Part shown: positions 9,388 to 18,084 of the stretch, piece after piece
Position numbering within the stretch: the stretch's first letter is position 1
Layout of the letters: each line of letters starts with the position of its first letter
DNA from: Corallococcus exiguus
GTDB lineage: Bacteria > Myxococcota > Myxococcia > Myxococcales > Myxococcaceae
Reading direction: 5' to 3' (one strand)
Length of the DNA: 64,000 nucleotides
Assembly (NCBI RefSeq): GCF_017302975.1
Contig: NZ_JAFIMT010000003.1
Made by a program: the position numbers and the translations under genes
Notes under the pieces: model-generated
What the model was told of the DNA's origin: nothing
Seen by the model: the letters and a program-made list of their open reading frames with translations, nothing else
Databases searched by the model: none

Positions 9388-11714
9388 CAGGCCGCCAGCA
9401 GGCTCTTCTGGCTGATTTCGATGACCACGAACTCCGCGGGCTTCAGCGGCGCGAAGGCCACCTGCGCGGTGACGATGCCCGCGTCCACGTTCTCCTGCGG
9501 GTTGGTGCTCCGGTCGCAGACGACGCTGAAGGCCTCTTCCGGCGTGCTGCCCTGGAACGCGCCCTGCCGGAACAGCCCCAGCATGAACGACTCGATGGCG
9601 ACGCGGATGCGGCCCCAGAGCTCTTCGTCGTTGGGCTCGAACACCGCCCACATCAGGCCGCGCCTCAGCGACTCCTTGAGGAAGAGCGCGGTGCGGCGCA
9701 CCGGGATGTAGCGCCACTCCGGATCCGGCGACAGCGTGCGCGAGCCCCACGACACCAGGCCCACGCCGGGGAACTGGCGCAGGCAGTTGAGGCTCGCCGG
9801 GTTGAGCTGGTCCTGCTCCGCGTCGATGACGGGGTACTGGAGGCCCAACGCATTGGCGAGGGACGCCTCGATGCCAGCGGGCGCCTTCCACACGCCGCGC
9901 GTGGTGTCCGTGCGGGCGAAGAGGCCCGCCACGTGGCCGGAGGGCGGCACCAGCCGCGTGGGATTGCGGCCCACGCCCACGGGGTCCGCCACGCGGATCC
10001 ACGGGTAGAACATGGCCGAGTTCTTCGAGCGAGAGGGCAACCCCTCCACGAACTGCTTCGCGTCGTCCGGCACCACCGCGAAGTCCTTGTCCACACCGCC
10101 GGGGCCATCCGCGAGGAAGAAGCAGTCGCCCCGGTTGTCGCAGTACGCGACGCCCGCGGCGATGAACGACACCTCGTTCTTGCCGGGCAGCGCCACGATG
10201 TTGACCTCCTCCGTGTCCAGCGCGTGCAGGCCCGTGCGCAGCTTCGCGTCGCCCGCGAAGTCGGACGTGTCCAGGAGGCCCGCGCCGTCGTCGCCGCCCA
10301 GGAGCCGCAGGTTCGTCACCGAAGACGGACGCACCACCGGGTTCGCCGGCGAGTCATCCGAGTAGCCACGTGCGCGCGGCGCGAAGCCCAGCTGCCGGAG
10401 CATGGTGGGCACCGTGGGCTGGAGCGTTTCGCTGATGGAGAGCTGGAGCCCGTCGAAGGACTCCGCGCTCGTGCCCGCCGTGCCGGCGGCGGCCGTGCCG
10501 GTGAAGCCTGTGGCGGAGAGCGACAGCGTGGAGGTCCCCGCAGCGGTGGCCAGGCCCGTGATGACGGTGTTGCCCTGCGCGTCCGTCACCACCGACGCGA
10601 CCTTGCCGGCCAGCGCCACGCTCAGCGAGTGGTTCAACTCCGCGGGCGTCACCGCACCCTTGTCCACCGCCAGGATGGGGATGGGCACCACCGTGGTGCC
10701 GCCCGGCGGGCCCACGGTGACCTTCGCGTCCTCCGGGTCCAGGTCGTACGTCGCGCCCGTGGGCTTGGGGATGGTGAGCGTGGGCCCGGTGGCCACCTTC
10801 AGCGAAATCTCCGGCGAGTCCGTGCCGCCGATGACGAAGGTGTTGGTGAGACCCGCCGAGGTGACGGCCTGGGTGAGGAAGGTCTTGAGCTCCGTGGCGG
10901 TCAGCTGCACGCGGCCGTTGACGAACGCGGCGGCCGGCACGGCGGCCACCACCAGGGCCTGGGTGATGGAGACATCCAGCGTCGTGCGGGGCAGGTCCGG
11001 CTGGGCCTCGTCCCAGGTGGAGACCTGGAGCTTGCCGCCGTCATAGAGGCTGTACTTCGTGCTGGCCAGCACCGCGGCCTTGAGCCGGGGAGGCACGCCC
11101 GCGACGAGCACCGCGCCGGGCGCCCGGGCGGCCAGCGCCACCTGGTACTCGTCGCGCACGCGGAGGTAGCGGGAGATGTCGTTGATGCGGTCGCCGACAT
11201 AGTCCTCGCTGGACGGGTCCATGCGCACGTCCTCGAACGTCTCCAGGCGGCGCGTGGCCCCGGCCTCCGTCCACATCACCTCCACGCGAAACGCCTCGCT
11301 GGGGAAGTTGAGGGAGTCGCTCACGTTGACGCGGAGGTAGTCGGACCACTCGCCCGCGCCCCGCGCCAGGAACGTGAGGGCGTTGAGGCTGCCGCCCGCT
11401 CTGGCGAGCAGGGGCGTGGACACGCCGCCCACCGCGTCGGAGGGCAGCACGCGCACGACGTAGGCGCGCCGCCCGCCCGAATCGAAGAAGGCCTCCACCG
11501 CCTGCGCGACGAGCCCCGCCTCCCCGGGCTCGTGTCCGCCAAAGGCCCGCTCGTACTCGGCGAAGCCGGTGACGAACGAGGCCAGGGCCGGGATGCCTCG
11601 CGCCGTGCGTCCGACGAACGCCGCCGTGGACGTGCCCACCCCTTCGATGGGGCGCGCACCGGCACTGATTTCCTCGACATAGACGCCCGGATGCAGTCGC
11701 TCAGCCACGTTCAT
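9387..11714 (-). CDS. Contractile tail sheath protein, 775 aa
   Basis: The N-terminus MNVAERLHPGVYVEEISAG matches the sheath-family signature. Its size is typical for eCIS or phage sheaths. AGGAGG lies immediately upstream. Confidence 0.9.
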   Translation of the reverse strand: MNVAERLHPGVYVEEISAGARPIEGVGTSTAAFVGRTARGIPALASFVTGFAEYERAFGGHEPGEAGLVAQAVEAFFDSGGRRAYVVRVLPSDAVGGVSTPLLARAGGSLNALTFLARGAGEWSDYLRVNVSDSLNFPSEAFRVEVMWTEAGATRRLETFEDVRMDPSSEDYVGDRINDISRYLRVRDEYQVALAARAPGAVLVAGVPPRLKAAVLASTKYSLYDGGKLQVSTWDEAQPDLPRTTLDVSITQALVVAAVPAAAFVNGRVQLTATELKTFLTQAVTSAGLTNTFVIGGTDSPEISLKVATGPTLTIPKPTGATYDLDPEDAKVTVGPPGGTTVVPIPILAVDKGAVTPAELNHSLSVALAGKVASVVTDAQGNTVITGLATAAGTSTLSLSATGFTGTAAAGTAGTSAESFDGLQLSISETLQPTVPTMLRQLGFAPRARGYSDDSPANPVVRPSSVTNLRLLGGDDGAGLLDTSDFAGDAKLRTGLHALDTEEVNIVALPGKNEVSFIAAGVAYCDNRGDCFFLADGPGGVDKDFAVVPDDAKQFVEGLPSRSKNSAMFYPWIRVADPVGVGRNPTRLVPPSGHVAGLFARTDTTRGVWKAPAGIEASLANALGLQYPVIDAEQDQLNPASLNCLRQFPGVGLVSWGSRTLSPDPEWRYIPVRRTALFLKESLRRGLMWAVFEPNDEELWGRIRVAIESFMLGLFRQGAFQGSTPEEAFSVVCDRSTNPQENVDAGIVTAQVAFAPLKPAEFVVIEISQKSLLAA

Positions 11715-11724
11715 CCTCCTGGTT

Positions 11725-13683
11725 TCAGATGGTCCCGCGCCTGGCGGTATCGACTTCGGTCACAGACGTTCCCGGATGGCCGCTGGCGCCTCGCGCGGCA
11801 CCGCGCGCGATGAGGTCCACGCGCGGCGTCTCGACGAGGCGTGCGGTGCTGCGCGCGTTCGGCTCGTCCATCAGCGCGGAGACCCGGTAGTCCACGCAGC
11901 AGCGGTACAGGTGGTTCAAGAGGTCGTCGCGGCGGCGCAGCTGCGTCTGGAAGAAGAAGCACTCCTCCTGGAACACGAGCGTGCGGCCCCGGGCCCAGGC
12001 GCCCTCCACGGGGCGGCTGAGCGTCACGCGGTCGCCATCCAGCCCCAGCACCAGCGCCTGGAAGCGCTGCTTGCCCACGCGGTAGCCATCGTCGCTCGAG
12101 CCCAGCACCACCACGTCGCCGGGCTTGAGGCGCGAGGCCGCGGTGACGGAGCGGCGCAGCGCCGGATCCAACGGCCCCACGGGCTCCGCCACCAGGTGCA
12201 CGTGGTCCACCGTGAAGTCCAGCGGAGTGCCCGTCTGCGCCCCCAGCGTGAGCACCATGTCGCTCGCGGCGACGGTGACACCCGGCGCGGCGACAGGCGG
12301 CGCGGGCGAGGCCTCCGCGTCCTGGAGCGGCTGTGGCACCCCGTCCGCCGACAGCCACACCACGCCCTCCCCCGCCTCCAGCCGCGCGTGCAGCACCACG
12401 CCTGCCTCCAGCCGCTCCGCCGGAATCCGCCAGCGCGTCTCCGCGACCTGCGTCCCGGTGGCCTGCGCCAGCGTCGCGGTGGCCACCACCTCGCCCAGGA
12501 GCCGGGTGTCCACCTGCTCGTAGCGGACGATGAGCCGCAGCACGGGCTGCCCCTGCGCCATCAGCACGGCCACCGGCAACGACTGCGCGGCCACGGCGCC
12601 AGCGGCGACGCGCAGCCCCACCGACAGCGCCAGTCCGTCCGGGGCCGGATTGTCGGCGTGGAAGGGGTCGGGCACGGCGGGCATCGGGTAGACGAGGACG
12701 GAGGCGGTGCCGGTGCCGGACAGGCGCAGGCCCTCGGCGGCGGGAAGGAAGGACGCGCCGGGCGTCAGGTCCACGCGTCCGCCGCGCGCTCGCTCCAGGT
12801 TCTGGTCGCTGGCCTCCAGGTGCACCAGGGACAGGGCCGTGGTGGGCTCCCCGCGCGTCAGCAGGCGGACCGTCGTGGCGCCTTCGGGCACGTCCTCGGC
12901 AAGCAGCGACGGGCGCAGCACCATCTGCCCGCGAGTGGGGATGGAGAGCGCCACCGTGTCCATGATGGACGCCAGGTCCACCTGCGAGCCCGCCCACAGG
13001 TCCACCTGCACATCGATGGCCATGGCCTTGGGCGCGCGAATCTTGCTGAGGAACACCCTGCCCTCTTGAGAGCGCTCCGGTGGCTCCAGGCCCAGAGGCC
13101 CTTCGATGCCGCCAGCGACGGGCAGCACCTCCACGCTGGAGCGGAACTCCATGGAGGGGATGCCCGCGTCGGAGCTGATCGCGAGCCGGCTCCCCTCCAC
13201 GTCCCAGCGCGCGATGACGCCAGCGAGCGCCTCCAACAGCGGCGGGTCCGTGAGCGGCACGCCCGTGGGCTCCTGGAAGAGTCCACCGGTGAGCGCATCC
13301 GCCAGCCGCGCGTTGATGGCGGCGGCGAGCGCGGGGCCTGTCGCGGTGGAAGCAAACGAGCCACCCGGCAGCCCCGAGAGGGTGACGGTGGCGCGGCCAT
13401 CCAGGCGCAGCTTGAGCGAGCCATTGGGCGGCACGCTGTCCCCGGAAGCACGAGGCCTGCCGACGAGGTGGCCCGGCACACGGAAGGTGGCGACGCCCGT
13501 GCGGCCGTTCTCTCGCTCGGGTTCGGGGAACAGGCCCAGCGGGCCGACAACGGAGAGGAATGGCACACGCGAAGGCCGGTAGCCTTCATCCACATAGCCA
13601 TGCGCGGCGAAGACGCGCACGTCGCCGCTGCGCAAGGCCACCCGGCCCTGCCATAGCAGTCCGCTGAGGATCTCGCGAATCAC
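11725..13683 (-). CDS. Operon-first hypothetical protein, 652 aa, encoded upstream of the sheath (GTG start). It has no Walker motifs. Function unknown (candidate cap or accessory protein).
   Basis: A long GC3-biased ORF in the operon frame, 10 nt upstream of the sheath start. I recognise no family. Confidence 0.5.
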   Translation of the reverse strand: MIREILSGLLWQGRVALRSGDVRVFAAHGYVDEGYRPSRVPFLSVVGPLGLFPEPERENGRTGVATFRVPGHLVGRPRASGDSVPPNGSLKLRLDGRATVTLSGLPGGSFASTATGPALAAAINARLADALTGGLFQEPTGVPLTDPPLLEALAGVIARWDVEGSRLAISSDAGIPSMEFRSSVEVLPVAGGIEGPLGLEPPERSQEGRVFLSKIRAPKAMAIDVQVDLWAGSQVDLASIMDTVALSIPTRGQMVLRPSLLAEDVPEGATTVRLLTRGEPTTALSLVHLEASDQNLERARGGRVDLTPGASFLPAAEGLRLSGTGTASVLVYPMPAVPDPFHADNPAPDGLALSVGLRVAAGAVAAQSLPVAVLMAQGQPVLRLIVRYEQVDTRLLGEVVATATLAQATGTQVAETRWRIPAERLEAGVVLHARLEAGEGVVWLSADGVPQPLQDAEASPAPPVAAPGVTVAASDMVLTLGAQTGTPLDFTVDHVHLVAEPVGPLDPALRRSVTAASRLKPGDVVVLGSSDDGYRVGKQRFQALVLGLDGDRVTLSRPVEGAWARGRTLVFQEECFFFQTQLRRRDDLLNHLYRCCVDYRVSALMDEPNARSTARLVETPRVDLIARGAARGASGHPGTSVTEVDTARRGTI

Positions 13684-13955
13684 GCGAAACGACCCTCCAG
13701 GGCAACGTCATGTCTGGTTTCAAGCTGCAGCGTCACGGCACCCCCCGGCACCCCGCAAAACCGCCCGACTCCCGCTGTGACACGCGAAGGGCGGCGACAA
13801 TGAATCAGGAGCCCGGCCGCCGTCAACACTGCACACATGTATTGCTTTGATATTTTGTGTGTCTATTCCGACGGGCTTCCCATCCCGAGGGGAGGGTGGA
13901 TCGCGGTGGCTGTCCGCTGCGTCGCAAACCACCTTTGCCGGAGGGGGAGCGGTGG
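13684..13955. promoter_or_regulatory. Divergent intergenic promoter region between the eCIS operon (minus) and the DUF1622 gene (plus). It contains an AT-rich patch carrying ACATGT.
   Basis: The only AT-rich stretch for kilobases is ...cacacatgtattgctttgatattttgtgtgtct... at about 13833-13875. Confidence 0.5.
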
Positions 13956-14330
13956 ATGCGATTCGAGGATCTGGTGGCCCTGGCCGCCCAATTGTTCGAC
14001 GCCTCGGGCGTGGGCGTGATGGTGGTGGGAACGGTGGTGTCCGTGGCGCTCGTCCTCCGGGACGCACGGGGCCCGAGGCAGGGAGAGGCGTACCGCCAGC
14101 TTCGCCACTACCTGGGCCGCGCCATCCTGCTGGGACTGGAGCTGCTGGTGGCAGCGGACATCATCCGCACGGTCGCGGGGGCGCCCACGCTGCGGCAGGT
14201 GCTCATCCTGGGCCTCATCGTCCTCATCCGGACCTTCCTCAGCTTCACCCTGGAGGTGGAGATCGACAGGCGCTGGCCCTGGCAATCCAAGCCAGCGGAC
14301 GAGGATGTGCCCGGCCCTCCGCGTGCATGA
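13956..14330 (+). CDS. DUF1622-like small membrane protein, 124 aa
   Basis: MRFEDLVALAAQLFDASGVGVMVVGT...ELLVAADIIRT. GGAGGGGGAG lies upstream of the ATG at 13956. Confidence 0.55.
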   Translation: MRFEDLVALAAQLFDASGVGVMVVGTVVSVALVLRDARGPRQGEAYRQLRHYLGRAILLGLELLVAADIIRTVAGAPTLRQVLILGLIVLIRTFLSFTLEVEIDRRWPWQSKPADEDVPGPPRA

Positions 14331-14531
14331 GCCGGCGGGAGGGCCCGGCCCGCTGCCTGTCTGTCATTGGGTGCCGACCAGGCGGCGGGCGCGCCTCCGG
14401 GCCGGTGTGGATTGCCCACCGGGGTCGGGGATGCACACTCTCCAGGTCAGGCCACTCCCATGGTGGGAAGCGGCGTCACGGGGCCCTGCCTCCAAGCTCG
14501 CCGGGAAGGGCCGGGGTCAAAGGAGGCGCGC

Positions 14532-16853
14532 GTGGAGAGCCCCAGCGCAAGCTTCGACCCGGAAGCCATCGAGCCCCTCTCCGACGCGCATTCCCGGCTG
14601 CTCCTCGAGACGCTGGTGGCGAGCACGCCGGTGGGACTCGCGGTAGTGGACATGGAGCAGCGCTTCGTCCAGGTCAACGACGCGCTCGCCGCCATGAATG
14701 GCATCCCGCGCGCCGCGCACCTGGGGCGCAAGGTGCAGGACATCGTCCCGGAGATGTGGCCCACCCTTCGGCCCCAGTATCAGCGCATCCTGGAGGGTGG
14801 GAGCGCGCAGACGGTGGAGGTGGTGGGCGCCACCTCCAAGGAGGCGGGCGTGGAGCGCCACTTCCTCGTCAGCTACTACCCGGTGCGCACCAACTCCGGC
14901 GTGTTGCTGGGCATTGGCGTCATCGTGTCGGAGGTCACCGAGCAGCGCAGGGCCCACGACGCGCTCCAGGCCAGCGAGCAGCGCTACCGCTCACTGGTGG
15001 AGGCCATGGCGCAGCCGGTGTGGTCCACCAACGCCCGGGGCGAGGTGGTGGAACCCGCGCCGCGCTGGCTGGCCTTCACGGGCCAGACGCACGCGGAGCA
15101 CCTGGGGCTGGGCTGGCTTTCCGCCATCCATCCGGACGACCGCAAGCGCGTGGTGCGCAGTTGGGTGGAGTCCCTTCGCACGAAGGCGTCCTACCGGGGC
15201 GAGTTCCGCCTGCGCTTCCACGCGGGAGGCTACCGCGACGTCGTGGGCCGGGCGGTGCCCGTGTTCGGTGACAAGGGTGTCATCCGGGAGTGGGTGTCCA
15301 CGGCGGAGGACATCACCGAGCGCAAGCAGGCGGAGGCCCAGGCGGAGAACGAGCGCGCGAGGCTGCGCTCCGTGCTGACGAGCGCCCCGGCCTCCATCGC
15401 CATCCTCTCCGGCGAGCGGCAGGTCTTCACGCTGGTGAACCCCTTCTACAAGGTGCTGTCGGGAGGCGCGGACCTGATAGGCACCTCCGTCAGGGACGTC
15501 GTGAGCGAACGGGCGACCGAATACTCACGGCTCCTGGAGAAGGCCTATCGCAAGGGAGAGTCTTTCATCGAAGAAGAGGTCCCGGTCACCACCGACTTCC
15601 AGGGCGACGGGGTCCATTCGACGCGGCAGTTCGACGTGGCGTACCAGCCGCTGCGCGACGTGCGGGGCCAGGTGGATTCCGTGCTGTCGTTCGCCGTCGA
15701 CGTGACGGATCGGGTGGAGGCCCGGAAGAAGCTGGAGGAGTCCGCCGCGTCGCTGAGGAACCAGCAGCAGTGGCTGGAGGCGATGCTGGACCAGACGCCC
15801 GTGGCCATCATCCTGGTGGAGCCGGTAACGGGCCGCATCATCTTCGCGAACCAGGCGGCCCGGCAGATGGCCGGCGGTGATTTCCCCGGGGGCCTGCGCG
15901 AGGAGAACTACATGGGCGGCGCGCACCACTTCACGGACGAAGCGGGCCGCGAGCTGACCATGGAGGAGATCCCCGGCATCCGCGCGGTGAGGGGCAATCC
16001 CGTGCACGGGGAGCCGGTCGTCTGGCACACGCCCACGGGGCATTACTCCCTGCTGGTGGAGGCGGGAACCCTGCCCGCCCAGCACGGCCACCCGGAGGCG
16101 GTCCTCCTGGCGCTCCAGGACGTCACCGAGCTGAGAAAGACACAGGCCCAGCTCCAGCACGCCGTGTCGCTCCGGGATGAATTCCTGACGGTGGCGTCGC
16201 ATGAATTGAAGACACCGCTGACACCGTTGCAGCTCAAGCTCCAATCCCTGGTCAGGGACGCGCAGACGGAACAGACGCTGGAGTCGCTGCGGGAGCGCGT
16301 GGTGAAGACGGCGGAGACCATCTCCGGACAAATCAGGAAGATGACCACGCTCATCAACGACCTGCTGGAGGTGACACAGCTCACCGGCCCCTCCGCACCG
16401 CTGCAACTGGAGGACGTGGACCTGGTGGACGTGGTGCGTGACGCGGTGGAGCGCTTCAAGTCCCAGGCGGCGAAGGCGGGCTGCGAGCTCATCGTCCATG
16501 AAACACCGGGTGTCGTGGGCCGCTGGGACCGCCACCGGCTGGAACAGGTGGCGAGCAGCCTGCTGTCCAACGCGCTGAAGTACGGCACGGGTCACCCGGT
16601 GACGATTCGCGTGGAGCAGGTCCGGGGCCGGGCGAGGCTGAGCGTGAGGGACGAAGGCATTGGCATCTCGCCGGGGAGCCTCCAGGCCATCTTCGAGAAA
16701 TTCACCCGCGCCGTGTCGACACGGCATTACGGCGGTCTGGGATTGGGCCTCTTCATCACCAGACAGATTGTCGAAGCCCACCACGGCACCCTGCGCGTGG
16801 AGAGTCAGCCCGGCCACGGCGCGACCTTCATCGTGGAACTGCCGGCCTCCTGA
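14532..16853 (+). CDS. Cytoplasmic sensor histidine kinase with three PAS/PAC regions plus HisKA and HATPase domains. It has no TM segment, no receiver domain and no adjacent response regulator.
   Basis: It carries an H-box SHELKTPLTPLQLKLQSL and a C-terminal ATPase (GGLGLGLFI...). GTG at 14532 has GGAGG 7 nt upstream. The track ORF from 14367 is over-extended. Confidence 0.85.
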   Translation: MESPSASFDPEAIEPLSDAHSRLLLETLVASTPVGLAVVDMEQRFVQVNDALAAMNGIPRAAHLGRKVQDIVPEMWPTLRPQYQRILEGGSAQTVEVVGATSKEAGVERHFLVSYYPVRTNSGVLLGIGVIVSEVTEQRRAHDALQASEQRYRSLVEAMAQPVWSTNARGEVVEPAPRWLAFTGQTHAEHLGLGWLSAIHPDDRKRVVRSWVESLRTKASYRGEFRLRFHAGGYRDVVGRAVPVFGDKGVIREWVSTAEDITERKQAEAQAENERARLRSVLTSAPASIAILSGERQVFTLVNPFYKVLSGGADLIGTSVRDVVSERATEYSRLLEKAYRKGESFIEEEVPVTTDFQGDGVHSTRQFDVAYQPLRDVRGQVDSVLSFAVDVTDRVEARKKLEESAASLRNQQQWLEAMLDQTPVAIILVEPVTGRIIFANQAARQMAGGDFPGGLREENYMGGAHHFTDEAGRELTMEEIPGIRAVRGNPVHGEPVVWHTPTGHYSLLVEAGTLPAQHGHPEAVLLALQDVTELRKTQAQLQHAVSLRDEFLTVASHELKTPLTPLQLKLQSLVRDAQTEQTLESLRERVVKTAETISGQIRKMTTLINDLLEVTQLTGPSAPLQLEDVDLVDVVRDAVERFKSQAAKAGCELIVHETPGVVGRWDRHRLEQVASSLLSNALKYGTGHPVTIRVEQVRGRARLSVRDEGIGISPGSLQAIFEKFTRAVSTRHYGGLGLGLFITRQIVEAHHGTLRVESQPGHGATFIVELPAS

Positions 16854-17043
16854 CGCCGACAAAAACATACACATATCCCACCCGGCCCCAAGCGCGCCGC
16901 CGGAACACCAGGACTTGGCAGGTCGCCAACCCCATGCATCAGGGCGGCGCCGACCCATTCCTGCTCATCTCCTCAGGGCACGCCTATGTTTCGTATCGCT
17001 GTCTGGGTATGATGCCGGCCGGGGGAGCGCGTCCCGCGCCATC

Positions 17044-18084
17044 ATGCCCATGCCCAAATTCCTGTCAGTGCACGGCGCCGCCGCCGCGGTCCTGTTGAGC
17101 GCCCTGCCCGCCTGGGCCCAGTCCGCCCTGCCCGGCTTTGAATTGGAGCACCTGGAGATCAACCCCGGCCGCGGAACCGCGGTGATGCGCAACGGCGAGC
17201 TGCTGGTGCCCGGCGGCATGAGCCTGGGGCTGGTGGGCCAGTACCAGCAACTGCCGCTCGTGCTCCTCAACGGCGAGCGCCGCCTGGAGGCCGTGCGCAA
17301 CCGCGCGTCCTCCGTCCTGGCGGGCAGCTACGGCGTGCTGCCCTGGCTGGAGGTGGGCGCGCAGGTGCCCGTGGTGTTGTGGCAGCAGGGCGAGGATCCG
17401 GCGCCCCTGGGACTGACGCCGCTGGCCACGCAGGGCCTGGGCACCCCGGAGATACAGGCGCGCCTGGGGCTCTTGTCGCGCCGTGACGACCACCCCGTGG
17501 ATCTCGCCATGGACCTGGGCGTGGGGCTGCCCATCGGCAGCGCGGCGGTGCTGGGCCGGGACCCTGGCATCCGCGTGCGCGCCCTGGCCGCCGTGGGGAC
17601 GCAGGTGGGTTTCCTCAAGCCCGCGCTGGAGGCCGGCGTGCTCCTGCGCTCGCGCATTCCGCTCTCCGCGCCGAACGCCTCCGGACAGACCCTGGAGGTC
17701 CGCCTGGGCGCCGGGTTGACGACGGCCGGAGAGGGGCTGCGCGGCGAGCTGGCGGTGAAGGCCGCCTTCGCGGCGGACATGGACCAGCCCGCGGTGGAGG
17801 TGCTGGCCGGCGGACGCATCCCGCTGTCGGAGGGACTGGAGCTGCACGCGCTCGCGGGGCCCGGCCTGGGACGCACGCCGGGCACGCCCATCGCCCGGGT
17901 GCTCCTGGGCGTGTCGTTCCGCCAGGAGCCTCCTCCCCGGATGGAGGTGCTCCCGGAGCCCGTGCCCCACCTGCGCCTGGAGGAGTTCAAGACGCGGCCG
18001 GAGTACGTCCCGGACTCGAGCGTGGAGCCGGTGCCCACCCGCGAGCTGCTCCCCCCTGAACCCGCGCCGTCACCCTCGCCATGA
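17044..18084 (+). CDS. Secreted, probably outer-membrane, protein of 346 aa. It has the signal peptide MPMPKFLSVHGAAAAVLLSALPAWAQS and a Pro-rich C-terminal tail.
   Basis: Signal peptide with an AxA-type cleavage site. ATG at 17044. Confidence 0.6.
   Translation: MPMPKFLSVHGAAAAVLLSALPAWAQSALPGFELEHLEINPGRGTAVMRNGELLVPGGMSLGLVGQYQQLPLVLLNGERRLEAVRNRASSVLAGSYGVLPWLEVGAQVPVVLWQQGEDPAPLGLTPLATQGLGTPEIQARLGLLSRRDDHPVDLAMDLGVGLPIGSAAVLGRDPGIRVRALAAVGTQVGFLKPALEAGVLLRSRIPLSAPNASGQTLEVRLGAGLTTAGEGLRGELAVKAAFAADMDQPAVEVLAGGRIPLSEGLELHALAGPGLGRTPGTPIARVLLGVSFRQEPPPRMEVLPEPVPHLRLEEFKTRPEYVPDSSVEPVPTRELLPPEPAPSPSP

Noticed and set aside
9933-13656. Plus-strand ORFs of 626 aa, at 9933-11813 and 11776-13656
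   Set aside because: They are antisense to the sheath gene and the 652-aa gene. They are Arg/His-rich with no motifs. The sheath call is unambiguous.
1-13683. A prophage call for the tail gene cluster
   Set aside because: No capsid, portal, terminase, integrase, lysis or att features are visible within the window. It is better described as an eCIS or tailocin-like locus, pending inspection of the sequence upstream of position 1.
16854-17043. tRNA or small RNA in the intergenic spacers (16854-17043, 45265-45490, 58291-58507)
   Set aside because: No cloverleaf-compatible segments and no conserved tRNA boxes were seen. These regions read as promoter or UTR sequence.
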